From Aliivibrio fischeri ES114 (GTDB lineage: Bacteria; Pseudomonadota; Gammaproteobacteria; Enterobacterales; Vibrionaceae), in NCBI RefSeq assembly GCF_000011805.1, contig NC_006840.2: 32,000 nucleotides of DNA. The stretch is one strand, 5' to 3'. The notes beneath the pieces were generated by a model. It saw nothing but the letters and a program-made list of their open reading frames with translations, had not been told where the DNA came from and did no database searches. This document shows positions 18,644 to 28,419 of the stretch, piece after piece (the first letter of the stretch is position 1; every line of letters starts with the position of its first letter). Position numbers and translations under genes: made by a program.

Positions 18644-20368
18644 TTACTCTTCAAATATTTTGTCGCGAATGGACCAAAACTTACCTTGCTTACGAGCAAT
18701 CACAAAGCTAGGTGGACGAAAACGGTGTTGGTTATTCGCGATTTTTGTTGCCGCCGTTTCTTCAAAAGGACGATGTCTATCAACAAGATGCGGGCGAACG
18801 AAACTCTTTAAGAATAGCTCTTTCTGCTTTTTGGTTGCCAATTGCCACACTTCATGAATTTCAGAATCATCATCTCCAAAATAGGTGACTTTTATTTGTG
18901 GTTTATTAAATTGATTTTTTCCTGCGGTTAATGTCAGGTCGATACAATTTAAGATCCGTGCATCTTTTAGTTTCAGGGCTTCTTTTAGCTTCTTATCTGG
19001 ATCAACTAAAATGGCATCGCATTCATGGCATACACGAGCTGCTATATCATTATCAGCGCCGCATTCATTACAATATTTGGCTCTAAAACGATAACCGCAC
19101 TCTTCACGTGTGCCTTCGTCATCTTCAAAATAACCTTGGCAGCGACGGCCAAAATGCTCAAGCAAAAAACCGTTACTGTCTAACTTGCCCCAGAAATTAT
19201 TATTAAAGCCGCAAGCTGGGCAGGGGATAGTAATGATTTCACTACTGCTATCAGGTTTCGGGTCGCCAACTTCTGGCTGATATAAATCATAACAGTTACC
19301 TGCATAATCTAAGACCGTACACTCGGTTTTACCTTCAGCAAGACGAAGCCCACGACCAACAATTTGTTGATATAAACTCACCGATTCTGTTGGGCGTAAA
19401 ATGGCAATTAAATCAACATGAGGCGCATCAAAGCCCGTGGTTAATACCGACACATTCACTAAAAATTTCGTTTCTTGATTTTTAAATCGTTGAATGATGG
19501 CATCACGATCACCCAATTTAGTATCACCAATAACCAGTTCAGACTCGGTTGGTGGCAATAAAGAAAGGATCTCTTGAGCATGGCGAACGGTAGCAGCAAA
19601 GATCATCACACCTTTTCTGTCTTTCGCGTATTCCACAATTTGCTGAACGATTTGTGGCGTCGCACGTTTTGATTCTTCAATCACTAAATCCAATTCTGAC
19701 TCTTTGTACTTACCAGTAGAAGCCGGTTTTAACTGTGAGAAGTCATAACTTAATACTGGTGCATCCAAGAGTTTTGCAGGGGTTAAAAATCCCTCATCTA
19801 ATAGATATTGAATAGGGAGTTCAAAAATACAATCACGGAAAAAGCGAGGCGTATCGGTTTTTACCTGTCCACGAGTGTGATACTGATAAATCCAACCAAT
19901 TCCTAAACGGTAAGGCGTCGCCGTTAACCCCAGTACTTTTATGCCAGAGTTTTGGGTCTGTAAGTGCTCAATAACTTTACGATAGCTGGTGTCTTTGTTA
20001 TCTGGAACACGGTGACATTCATCAATAACTAACAGAGAAAATTGATCTTTAAATTCATCAAGATTACGAACCACAGATTGCACAGAGGCAAATACCACCT
20101 GTTTATCGGTCTCTTTTCTACCTAATCCTGCTGAGAAAATCGCTCCCTCTAGACCATAACCTTCATATTTCGCATGGTTTTGTTCAACAAGCTCTTTAAC
20201 GTGAGCAAGTACCAATACACGACCTTTCGCTATTCGTGCTAGCTCTGCAATCACCAAACTTTTCCCTGCACCTGTAGGCAGTACAAGTACCGCAGGCGTC
20301 GTATGTTTTCGGAAATAATGGATAACCGCTTTAACAGAATCTTGTTGGTAAGGTCGTAACGTATACAT
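18644..20368 (-). CDS. radD: DEAD/DEAH-box helicase, RadD (YejH) family
   Basis: LRPYQQDSVKAV, VLPTGAGKS, VIDECHRV, TGFDAPHVD, QIVGRGLR; C-terminal Cys clusters (CPACG...CNECG...CHEC). Adjacent to rplY as in E. coli. Confidence 0.85.
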   Translation of the reverse strand: MYTLRPYQQDSVKAVIHYFRKHTTPAVLVLPTGAGKSLVIAELARIAKGRVLVLAHVKELVEQNHAKYEGYGLEGAIFSAGLGRKETDKQVVFASVQSVVRNLDEFKDQFSLLVIDECHRVPDNKDTSYRKVIEHLQTQNSGIKVLGLTATPYRLGIGWIYQYHTRGQVKTDTPRFFRDCIFELPIQYLLDEGFLTPAKLLDAPVLSYDFSQLKPASTGKYKESELDLVIEESKRATPQIVQQIVEYAKDRKGVMIFAATVRHAQEILSLLPPTESELVIGDTKLGDRDAIIQRFKNQETKFLVNVSVLTTGFDAPHVDLIAILRPTESVSLYQQIVGRGLRLAEGKTECTVLDYAGNCYDLYQPEVGDPKPDSSSEIITIPCPACGFNNNFWGKLDSNGFLLEHFGRRCQGYFEDDEGTREECGYRFRAKYCNECGADNDIAARVCHECDAILVDPDKKLKEALKLKDARILNCIDLTLTAGKNQFNKPQIKVTYFGDDDSEIHEVWQLATKKQKELFLKSFVRPHLVDRHRPFEETAATKIANNQHRFRPPSFVIARKQGKFWSIRDKIFEE

Positions 20369-20504
20369 GGATATATAAACAGTGGTTAAGGCAAAAAGGC
20401 ATCATATCAGAATATATAAGATTACTCTTTGTTTTCTTGCTAAGATTAAAACAGTTCTTATCTATCGCATTGGTTATTCAACATTAACAAAGGAAGTTTA
20501 TTCA

Positions 20505-22052
20505 ATGTCAGTGCTTAAACGCATTCATGTCACTCTATTTTTTGTCGCTATTCTTTCTGGCTGTGGTTCGCTTCCTAATGAAATTGAACACACGAACGAA
20601 TCGGTATCAGCACCATTAAGCAGTTCGCTTTCTGAGTTAAGTGCTTCTTTCCAAACAGTTCCCTCAACAGCAGAAACCAGTGCTGTTTTGTTGCAAGATT
20701 CGGGATGGGATGCATTAGCGCAACGTTTAGCATTAATTGAGACTGCAGAGCACAGCATTGATATCCAATATTATATTTGGAACTCAGACGCTTCAGGTCA
20801 TTACCTTGCCAGTCGTTTATTAGCGGCGGCAGATCGTGGTGTTAAAGTGCGTGTCATGCTGGATGATATCAATCTCAATGAACGTGAAGATCTACTTGTG
20901 GCATTAAACGCGCATCCTCACGTTGAGATACGAGTATTTAACCCTATTCCCACTCGCCGTGGCGTTACAAAGTGGGTGAACTTCTTAGGGGATTTTTCTC
21001 GTTTAAATCGTCGTATGCACAATAAATCATTCACCGTTGATGGCGTGTTCTCTGTTGTTGGTGGACGTAATATTGGTGATGAGTATTTTGATCTTTCTAA
21101 CGAGATTAACTTTCGAGACCGTGATGTGTTAGTTCGAGGTTCTGTCGTTTATGATATACAAACCAGCTTTATCGAGTATTGGGACAGCCGTTGGTCTTAC
21201 CCTGTGGATTTATTAGCAAAAGAAGCTTCGCAAGAACCACTCTTACAAAAACAACCAGTATTAGATGAGATTGATGCACCTGTTTATAAAAACTACCCAG
21301 CTTTACCAGAGGGAAATAAAACAGCGCATCAATACTTAACTAATCTAATGGATAAAATGACTTGGGTTAATGCTAAGTTCGTATTTGATCGCCCAGTACC
21401 GCTTGATAAAGACAATACCGATGAGCCTAAAGAGACCGCAAAAGCCCTCGGCAAATTGGCCAGTGAATCCAAGAAAGAGATCTTATTAGAATCGGCTTAC
21501 CTTATTTTTGATGATAACCAACTTAAAGGGTGGCAAGCGCTTATTAATACAGGTGTTGAGATAAAAGCGCTTACCAACTCAATGGCATCGAACGATTTAA
21601 CCACTAACCACTCAGGTTACGCAGGTCGCCGTCAAGATATGCTTGAGCACGGCATTCAACTTTATGAATTAAAGCCTGAAACAGAGCTATGTGAAGAGTC
21701 GACCAAAGACGTTTCTAAATGTGCACCAATATTACCTTATGGACTTCACGCCAAGTCCGCAGTTTTTGATGACAAAATCGCAAGTATCGGCTCTTTTAAC
21801 TTCAATTTGCGTTCAACGTACTTGAATACAGAATCGATTTTAATTATTGAAAATCAAAAAATCGCAGAGCAACTCACTCAAGATATTGAACACGCCATGG
21901 ATGAAGAAAATAGTTGGCACCTAAAACTGCAAGAAGGGGATGTTCGTTGGTATTCTGGTGATAAAAGTTGGGAAAGTGAACCAGAAACTGGGCGTTGGGA
22001 GCGATTTCAATCTGGATTCTTACAGTTATTACCAATAGAAAAGTATTTGTGA
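20505..22052 (+). CDS. Phospholipase D / cardiolipin synthase C-like lipoprotein
   Basis: Lipobox ILSGCGS after MSVLKR start at 20505 (track start 20382); two HKD-type motifs: MHNKSFTVDGVFSVVGGRNIGDEYF and LHAKSAVFDDKIASIGSFNFNLRS. Confidence 0.88.
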   Translation: MSVLKRIHVTLFFVAILSGCGSLPNEIEHTNESVSAPLSSSLSELSASFQTVPSTAETSAVLLQDSGWDALAQRLALIETAEHSIDIQYYIWNSDASGHYLASRLLAAADRGVKVRVMLDDINLNEREDLLVALNAHPHVEIRVFNPIPTRRGVTKWVNFLGDFSRLNRRMHNKSFTVDGVFSVVGGRNIGDEYFDLSNEINFRDRDVLVRGSVVYDIQTSFIEYWDSRWSYPVDLLAKEASQEPLLQKQPVLDEIDAPVYKNYPALPEGNKTAHQYLTNLMDKMTWVNAKFVFDRPVPLDKDNTDEPKETAKALGKLASESKKEILLESAYLIFDDNQLKGWQALINTGVEIKALTNSMASNDLTTNHSGYAGRRQDMLEHGIQLYELKPETELCEESTKDVSKCAPILPYGLHAKSAVFDDKIASIGSFNFNLRSTYLNTESILIIENQKIAEQLTQDIEHAMDEENSWHLKLQEGDVRWYSGDKSWESEPETGRWERFQSGFLQLLPIEKYL

Positions 22053-22072
22053 TTTAACGTTGAATAGGAACC

Positions 22073-22100
22073 TTGTGGTAATTTTTCGTTATTACCACAA
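22073..22100. terminator. Hairpin between convergent genes
   Basis: TTGTGGTAAT - 8-nt loop - ATTACCACAA, perfect 10-bp stem; no T tract, so mechanism unclear. Confidence 0.4.
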
Positions 22101-22133
22101 ACCCTAACACTCAGTGTTTATTCATAAATCGAA

Positions 22134-22808
22134 TTAGAATGACATTCGTCCACCGACAGTCCAGCTATATTCGGTCTCTGTCATACCGTAGTAGGTACGG
22201 TTGGGATTAAAAGCGGATACTTTTGCGTATGGATAAATATGCCATACAGGGCGCATTGTACCAATTGACAGTTCCCATTCTGCTGCTTGTCCTTGGTTAA
22301 AATCAAGCATGTCCGATTTGTCTTCAGCATAGTGATATTCCAATCTGCTCGTAATATAAGTGTGCTGAAAATATTTAGCGGCAGCAAAATAGGTCGAATA
22401 CTTATTTGCATCATCAACGGTTATCCATGTAAAGCCATTACGAACAAACTCACTGGTGACACCAAATTTTGCAGAATACCCATCAAATAATCGAGCGGCT
22501 GAGAGCTCAATAAAGTGTGTATTGGTTTTAACGCCATCAATACCAGCTACTTCTGACATTAGCCAATCATCTCGTATACCGTATTCATAGTAAGACGCAA
22601 GTTTCCAGCGGGGGTTTACGAATTTATGATAGCCAATTCCTAGACCAACCCAGTTGTCATTGTCTCCACCAATATATAAATAGGTATTATTCGTTACTGC
22701 TGCGGTAACGCCAACTTCTACGACATCCTTTTCAATTGATAAATCAATTCCAGCAATAGCTGAAGTACAGAGCATCATTGCGCTGCAAGTCATTGAAATG
22801 GTTTTCAT
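22134..22808 (-). CDS. Putative outer-membrane beta-barrel protein
   Basis: 224 aa with signal peptide, alternating aromatic/polar strands, terminal ...SWTVGGRMSF typical of OMP C-termini. Confidence 0.55.
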   Translation of the reverse strand: MKTISMTCSAMMLCTSAIAGIDLSIEKDVVEVGVTAAVTNNTYLYIGGDNDNWVGLGIGYHKFVNPRWKLASYYEYGIRDDWLMSEVAGIDGVKTNTHFIELSAARLFDGYSAKFGVTSEFVRNGFTWITVDDANKYSTYFAAAKYFQHTYITSRLEYHYAEDKSDMLDFNQGQAAEWELSIGTMRPVWHIYPYAKVSAFNPNRTYYGMTETEYSWTVGGRMSF

Positions 22809-22858
22809 GTGATAACCTAGAAAGGTGCTCCTAGTACGTAACTAGGAGCGAGGGAACA

Positions 22859-23482
22859 TTAGTTTAAGCGAGCGCGAATTGAGTCACGGATAGTGTTACG
22901 GTCTATCTCTGGGCTTGAATTTTCCATAAATGGTCTTAAACCACCTTGAACAGTATCACCACCAATGATGATGGATTCACCATCAATAACAATTCCAAAG
23001 TCACCTTCATAGTCGCCTTGGCGAATGATACTTACGTAATGGTCATTACCGTCTTGGTCTTGAACAATCATAGACTGACCATGCCAGTCAACGTTCTTAA
23101 TAACGAATATATTGCCATTTGTATCTGTAATAGTGCTTCCTGAAATCGTGTAGCTTGCCTCTGGACCATTATCAATTGGTGGCATTTCAGGGCCGCCCCA
23201 TACAGGAGGTAGTCGATCTGGTGTATTCCCAGTGTCTAATCCCCAATCAGGTGTGTTATCGATGTCTGGAATCGATGGTACAGGTAGACCAAACTCAGGA
23301 TCAGCGAGTCCCCAATCAGGAGTATCACCAACATCTAAACCCCACTCTGGAGAGTTATCAATATCAGGAATAACAGGATTACCAGGGTTCGTTTGTCCAG
23401 AGCCACTAGAGTCGCTTGAAGAAGAACAACCAGACAGCAATAAAGCACCTGATACTACAACGGCTAAAAGAGATTTATTCAT
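22859..23482 (-). CDS. Lipoprotein with acidic Trp/Pro/Asp-rich internal repeat
   Basis: Lipobox LLLSGCSS; two copies of IPDIDN(S/T)P(E/D)WGLD.G(D/N)TPD spaced by 33 residues. Confidence 0.65.
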   Translation of the reverse strand: MNKSLLAVVVSGALLLSGCSSSSDSSGSGQTNPGNPVIPDIDNSPEWGLDVGDTPDWGLADPEFGLPVPSIPDIDNTPDWGLDTGNTPDRLPPVWGGPEMPPIDNGPEASYTISGSTITDTNGNIFVIKNVDWHGQSMIVQDQDGNDHYVSIIRQGDYEGDFGIVIDGESIIIGGDTVQGGLRPFMENSSPEIDRNTIRDSIRARLN

Positions 23483-23931
23483 AATGTATCACCTAAAGTC
23501 TTATCAAAATTTACTGACTCTTCAATTGGTCAGTGCAGAAAATATCACCCTTTCCTTTGGCGCAATGACAGAGACTTTTTTGGTACATCAACAACCTAGT
23601 ACCATTAGACAAAAATCAAAACCACGCTGTTTGCAATCCATGCGAGTTATTTGTTGAGAGAGATTATGATAATTAGAGGAGGGGATATCTAATGATGATT
23701 ACTTTAGATAGTTATAAGCTTAGCTTATTATTAGTTTGTTAATTATGCCTATCAATAACTTATTCGCAGGAAAAGAACCATTTTCAAGGGCAGAAATTAA
23801 AAATGAAGAAAATGCGAAATGAACAAAGCATCAAAATAGTTAAAGAAAAACATCGATAAACGATACAATAGGTGAGTTGCAAGATGGCAGCATAAAAGAC
23901 TCATTCACATAAAACCGTAAAGTAGCCCTAT

Positions 23932-24435
23932 ATGTCTAAAGATTTTAGTGTCACCACAGAATACGTTCTCGACAAGACCTTCTTTGCAGAATGTTATGAT
24001 CAAACTAGTCAGCCGATTACCTTTCCGAAAGCTTATTTAAAAGGAATACTCTTTTTTCTTTTTGGTCTGGCGTTATTAAAACTTGAGCTATTACCTAATG
24101 GCTACATTGGTTGGTTTTTTATTGCGTTGAGTATTATTGAAGCGTTCAGTATTTACTTTAAGAGAACGTGGTGGCTATGGCGACAATCCATCAGTTCACT
24201 CTCTGGCAGTAAAGTGGTGTTTAACGTTGACGCAAATGGTGTGAGTTATAAAAGCCTTAAAAACACTAAAAATTCTCGCACCATCGCTTGGAGTGACATC
24301 GACCAAGTTGAACAAAGCGATTTAGGGCTTATTTTTCATATTGGAAAACAGCGCCAATACGTCAGTAAATCGTGCTTAAATGAAGAAGAAATCGCCTTTA
24401 TTTTAGAGCAGCATGAACAATCAAAAGTCGAGTAG
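23932..24435 (+). CDS. YcxB-like membrane protein
   Basis: Two adjacent TM segments followed by GVSYKSLKNTKNSRTIAWSDIDQVEQSDLGLIFHIGKQRQYVSKSCL, a YcxB-like C-terminal domain pattern. Confidence 0.6.
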   Translation: MSKDFSVTTEYVLDKTFFAECYDQTSQPITFPKAYLKGILFFLFGLALLKLELLPNGYIGWFFIALSIIEAFSIYFKRTWWLWRQSISSLSGSKVVFNVDANGVSYKSLKNTKNSRTIAWSDIDQVEQSDLGLIFHIGKQRQYVSKSCLNEEEIAFILEQHEQSKVE

Positions 24436-24465
24436 TTCTCATCAAACTACATAATATTAGCAACT

Positions 24466-24494
24466 CAAATGGTGCGATACTGTCGCACCATTTG
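24466..24494. terminator. Strong hairpin after YcxB-like gene, between convergent genes
   Basis: CAAATGGTGCGA - TACTG - TCGCACCATTTG, perfect 12-bp stem; weak T-rich tail. Confidence 0.5.
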
Positions 24495-24579
24495 AATTTG
24501 TAGTCTTTCATTCACTCTATTTAGTGATAAATGATTCTCATTGGTCGCTTTTTAAAGACTGTTTATCTTTATTAAACCG

Positions 24580-24873
24580 TTAACGTTGATTCATTTGTGC
24601 TTGTGCAGACGTCGCTCCAAGAGGAGTAATACGATACGGTCGTCCACCTTTAGAGCTGATAAGCTTTTTATTCTTCAGCTTTTTAAACGTGTCCATAGTA
24701 CAGTTAGATAGACCATAACCTTCTCGAGTAAAGCAAGTTATCTCTGTTAACTTTCCATCTTCATTTAGGTAACGGCGGATTTCTCCACCCATTGCAAGTG
24801 TGTGAAGCACTCGTTGTTCTTGTTTTGATATATTCAAGGGATATCTCCGCGTATATTTTAAATTTTTCCTCAT
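24580..24873 (-). CDS. YjhX-family (UPF0386) protein, putative toxin
   Basis: MRKNLKYTRRYPLNISKQEQRVLHTLAMGGEIRR...CFTREGYGLSNCTMDTFKKLKNKKLISSKGGRPYRITPLG; internal start 24873 chosen over track start 24912. Confidence 0.75.
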   Translation of the reverse strand: MRKNLKYTRRYPLNISKQEQRVLHTLAMGGEIRRYLNEDGKLTEITCFTREGYGLSNCTMDTFKKLKNKKLISSKGGRPYRITPLGATSAQAQMNQR

Positions 24874-24964
24874 TGTTGATTTTGAAATTGTGTTTGTTCC
24901 ACTTGGAGCCAAACACGGTTTTTATACAATGCTAACTAGTGTTTTAATCAAAAAGTACCTTGTT

Positions 24965-25468
24965 TTAAATTTGTTCGTCTGGGTGACTCCACATAATTGG
25001 ATCCGCAAACACACCTTTAATGGTTGATGATGATTGACCAATACCATCAAGTGCATCAGTCGTTAACTCTCGAGCAAACCAGAAATCTGGTGATTCATCA
25101 GAACCGATAGGCAGTGCGACGTTATGTTGAGCATTAAAGCGTCGAGCGTAATGTTTTGGATCACCGAGAACGAAGATAACATCAGCACCTAATTCGCTTT
25201 CTGCTTGTTCCATTAATTGTGTGGCGTAGCCTTTACCTTGATGTTCAGGTAATACCGCTAATGGCGCTAATACAAAGCATTTTAGATGAGGGGCTTTATC
25301 AATCGTGATTGGTGTATAGCAGGCGTGCGCAACTCCTTTGTAGACGATAGAGTAATTACCTTCGTTGATTAAATTGTCTGCAAATTGGGCATACAGTTTT
25401 GCATGTGCTTCAGTATAAAAATCGTCAGCGTTAAATGCTTCAAATTGGATTTGATATGGTGTTTTCAT
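24965..25468 (-). CDS. GNAT family N-acetyltransferase
   Basis: LAPLAVLPEHQGKGYATQLMEQAESELGADVIFVLGDPKHYARRF is a GNAT acetyl-CoA binding motif; start at 25468 (MKTPYQIQF) preferred over 25537. Confidence 0.85.
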   Translation of the reverse strand: MKTPYQIQFEAFNADDFYTEAHAKLYAQFADNLINEGNYSIVYKGVAHACYTPITIDKAPHLKCFVLAPLAVLPEHQGKGYATQLMEQAESELGADVIFVLGDPKHYARRFNAQHNVALPIGSDESPDFWFARELTTDALDGIGQSSSTIKGVFADPIMWSHPDEQI

Positions 25469-25491
25469 TTTTATTCTCAAAATTGCCAAAT

Positions 25492-25509
25492 AAACCGACT
25501 GGTTGGTTT
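25492..25509. promoter_or_regulatory. Candidate TetR operator upstream of GNAT gene
   Basis: AAACCGACTGGTTGGTTT imperfect palindrome (14 of 18 positions symmetric). Confidence 0.5.
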
Positions 25510-25557
25510 GGTTTTTGGTGTTTAAAAAATCACGCATATATTGATGCGTGATAGGTT

Positions 25558-26100
25558 TTATTGACAGTACTTTTTAATGAACTCTTGTTTAATGTCCATT
25601 AATGGAAAGTCGTTGTTTAACAAGTAATTCATGGCTATACCATCTATCTCTGCGATAAACATCTTTGTGATGACTACTGGGTTTGAATAGCCCACCGCAC
25701 GAAATATTTCTTCTGCTGAGGTTTGTAATTGTTGATATCGGTCTTCAATCAGATCAGCGACGATCGCTCTTGTTGTTGGATGAACCATGACGCTGAAGTT
25801 AAATTGGTACATTTTTCTGTATTTAGCGACAGACATACCATCAAAAATTTCATGGATTGCAGCCTCAAGAGGATCTTCTTGAGTCGCTAAATGAACATCA
25901 TTTTTGTCGGTTTCTTCAATGATAGTGGTAATGTGTATAAAGACTTCTCTTAGTATGTCATTCTTATTCTTAAAGTGATGAAATACTGCGCCTTTTGAGA
26001 CTTCAGCCTCCTCACATATCAATGATACAGGCGTATTCTCAAAGCCATGTTCTGCAAATAACCTTGTTGCTGTTTCTATTATTTGGCTTTTTTTACTCAT
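25558..26100 (-). CDS. TetR/AcrR family transcriptional regulator
   Basis: N-terminal HTH: IIETATRLFAEHGFENTPVSLICEEAEVSKGAVFHHFKNKNDILREV. Confidence 0.9.
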   Translation of the reverse strand: MSKKSQIIETATRLFAEHGFENTPVSLICEEAEVSKGAVFHHFKNKNDILREVFIHITTIIEETDKNDVHLATQEDPLEAAIHEIFDGMSVAKYRKMYQFNFSVMVHPTTRAIVADLIEDRYQQLQTSAEEIFRAVGYSNPVVITKMFIAEIDGIAMNYLLNNDFPLMDIKQEFIKKYCQ

Positions 26101-26110
26101 ACACACCTCA

Positions 26111-26130
26111 ATACCGACTGGACGGTCTGT
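26111..26130. promoter_or_regulatory. Candidate TetR operator upstream of tetR-like gene
   Basis: ATACCGACTGGACGGTCTGT, sharing ACCGACTGG with the site at 25492-25509; ACCG-N6-CGGT core. Confidence 0.45.
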
Positions 26131-26358
26131 AATTTACCAATGAGCATGCGTCACTGTCAAGAAATTATCTTGGTGATGAAATTTCATCGTTTTTAAATGG
26201 GGTTTAATTTGTTGTGATGCGAATAATACCTCTAATCTAATCACATTTTGATTTGAATAGCTGGGTTATTCGCATCACGAAATGATGTGAATACTTTTTA
26301 GTGGTGGGATGGGCTTGATAATTCACTCAAGCCCACAATCGAATTGAGATAAATTATT

Positions 26359-27447
26359 TTATTTATCTGCAACGATTTCATCCATTAAACGATCAATTTG
26401 AATTACGACTTGTTCGCTTGAATCTTCCATTGCATTAATTGATGTAATCATACCAGCCATATTACCTGTTTGAGCTTTACTCATGGCTTTACGTCCATTG
26501 TCGTGAACTGCCTTGTGAGGCTCTTCCAGTAGAGCATAGCTTTTTAGATGATTATAAGCTTTGCCACTTCCTTTGTAGTACCACTGACCCAATCGACATT
26601 CAGAGTGAGTATTAACGGTTTCGTCGAATGAGTGTTTTTGCAGTAAGCGATACACATTGTTTTTCCAAATCGCATGATCAAGTTTTACCGTATCAAGGAA
26701 CGCTCTCGTTGAAGCGACATAAATGATCTCTTTCATGTGCTCTGATTTATCAACTACCTCATTTACGATGGTTCCAATTTGTGCTGAAGAGGCTGATACT
26801 TCTTCTGCACAGGCTTGGTTTTCATCGATAGATATTTTAATGGCATCCACTTGAGTTAACACTTGGTTCACTAGGGAATCAATCTGCTCGCTAGCGTCAC
26901 TGGCTTTGCTTGCTAGGGTTCTTACTTCATCAGCAACAACAGCAAATCCTCGGCCAGCATCACCTGCACGAGCTGCTTCAATTGCTGCATTGAGAGCAAG
27001 TAAGTTTGTTTGGTCAGAAATTTCTTGGATAGTAGAGACAAGATGAGAAATGGAGTTAGCCGTTTCATCTAATATTTGAACAGATTTAATGCTGTGGGTT
27101 GTTTGAGAGCTTATTTCTACGGCTCTATTGTCAAGTCGAGTGAGGGCTTGATGGGTTTGTTTAAAGACTTCGCTAAGTTGTTCTAGGTTTTCATTCTCTT
27201 GCGCCATCGATTGAGCGCTTTCTACCATTGCAGTTCGAATGGTTTGAAGCATATCACCACCTTTTAAACTGCTCGAAATCAAACCGTCGCTACTTTGATA
27301 ATCTTGCTGTACTGAGATGACTTGCTGTTTAGCTTCTTGGAGCTGATCTTCTAATTTCTGAATATCTGTTTGGTATTTATTTTTAAGGTCAGATAACTCT
27401 TTTTTTAGAGCTTCATTTTCTGCTTTGACTCGATTTAATCTAAACAT
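26359..27447 (-). CDS. Soluble methyl-accepting chemotaxis protein with C-terminal CZB zinc-binding domain
   Basis: MCP signalling hairpin core ([38 protein letters not shown]) and CZB pattern ([14 protein letters not shown]...[12 protein letters not shown]...PHKAVHDNG); no TM segment, N-terminal coiled coil. Confidence 0.9.
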   Translation of the reverse strand: MFRLNRVKAENEALKKELSDLKNKYQTDIQKLEDQLQEAKQQVISVQQDYQSSDGLISSSLKGGDMLQTIRTAMVESAQSMAQENENLEQLSEVFKQTHQALTRLDNRAVEISSQTTHSIKSVQILDETANSISHLVSTIQEISDQTNLLALNAAIEAARAGDAGRGFAVVADEVRTLASKASDASEQIDSLVNQVLTQVDAIKISIDENQACAEEVSASSAQIGTIVNEVVDKSEHMKEIIYVASTRAFLDTVKLDHAIWKNNVYRLLQKHSFDETVNTHSECRLGQWYYKGSGKAYNHLKSYALLEEPHKAVHDNGRKAMSKAQTGNMAGMITSINAMEDSSEQVVIQIDRLMDEIVADK

Positions 27448-27778
27448 AAGCTAAGAAATTAATTAAATGATTTCCCGAGTCTACCTAGAATGGTTGATTT
27501 TTGTCATACCAAAGGTAATAGATATTGGTTAATTAAGTGAAATATTTGAGGTGGCTACACCTAAGTATAACCGTTACTTAGTGATTAAATAATGAGTTAT
27601 TTTTGTACTATATGATATGCGCAATAAAAGTAGCAAAGCATGAGTATGCTAGCTTCAACTTGACCTTTAATAGTATTTATTGAGTTTGTTTTTTTTCTAA
27701 AGAACAGTATACAATTCAATTAAGACGGCGTAGAGTTCTTATTTCCTATAATTCTTTATCAATAAGTATATAAATAAT

Positions 27779-28165
27779 ATGAAAAAATACGTCACTTTGG
27801 CTTTATCGTTAGCAACATTAACTATGTCCACTCATGTCATGGCTTTAAATGGTATGGGGGTCCAAATTGAAGCTATTTATATGAGCTCTAATTCTAACGG
27901 TTTATTTATTACACCAAAAGAAAAGCAATCTCCAAGTGGTTTTTATCGCCCAGAGTTTCCTCAAACTTGCCAAATTAATGGTGAGTTCTACCTCCCTTTA
28001 CCTGATGGAGCTATTGGTACTCGTATGCATTTTATGCTTGAAGATGCTATGCAGAATAGTGCGTTAATCATGTTATATTCTGATGGAGAATGTGCGGGTG
28101 ACCCAAAAATGGATGGTAGTTCTAGACCAAAAGTTGTTGCCATTAAAAAATTATTTAAAGGGTAG
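27779..28165 (+). CDS. Hypothetical secreted/periplasmic protein
   Basis: 128 aa with clear signal peptide (MKKYVTLALSLATLTMSTHVMA) and two Cys in the mature part. Confidence 0.5.
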   Translation: MKKYVTLALSLATLTMSTHVMALNGMGVQIEAIYMSSNSNGLFITPKEKQSPSGFYRPEFPQTCQINGEFYLPLPDGAIGTRMHFMLEDAMQNSALIMLYSDGECAGDPKMDGSSRPKVVAIKKLFKG

Positions 28166-28381
28166 TTATTTTAACGCTTCTAATCTGAGATGCATTACTT
28201 TTTAATGTGCTGCTAAAATCAAAACAAAATTCTTCATCATTACTTATAGTATTTTTAGTTAATATTTTTCAATCATTGAATTTAATTCTAAATATTTGAT
28301 ATAGTTAGTTTTGTGTTAGTTGTTAATAAGTTTTATTTATATAAGAGTTGCATTAAAAACAAATTGCGTAACAGCACCCAC

Positions 28382-28411
28382 AAAAAAGGGATCTAGCCTA
28401 AACCAGATCCC
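28382..28411 (-). terminator. Intrinsic terminator downstream of secF
   Basis: Minus strand: GGGATCT-GGTTTAGGCT-AGATCCC-TTTTTT. Confidence 0.75.
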
Positions 28412-28419
28412 CCAACATC

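Noticed and set aside
22946-23657. Plus-strand ORFs 22946-23143, 23155-23373 and 23232-23657 opposite the repeat lipoprotein
   Set aside because: They mirror the repeat composition of the minus-strand gene and lack plausible starts or domains.
26312-26335. Hairpin GGGCTTGA-TAATTCAC-TCAAGCCC downstream of the chemoreceptor gene
   Set aside because: A perfect 8-bp stem but no T tract on the minus strand, so I did not list it as a terminator; low specificity.
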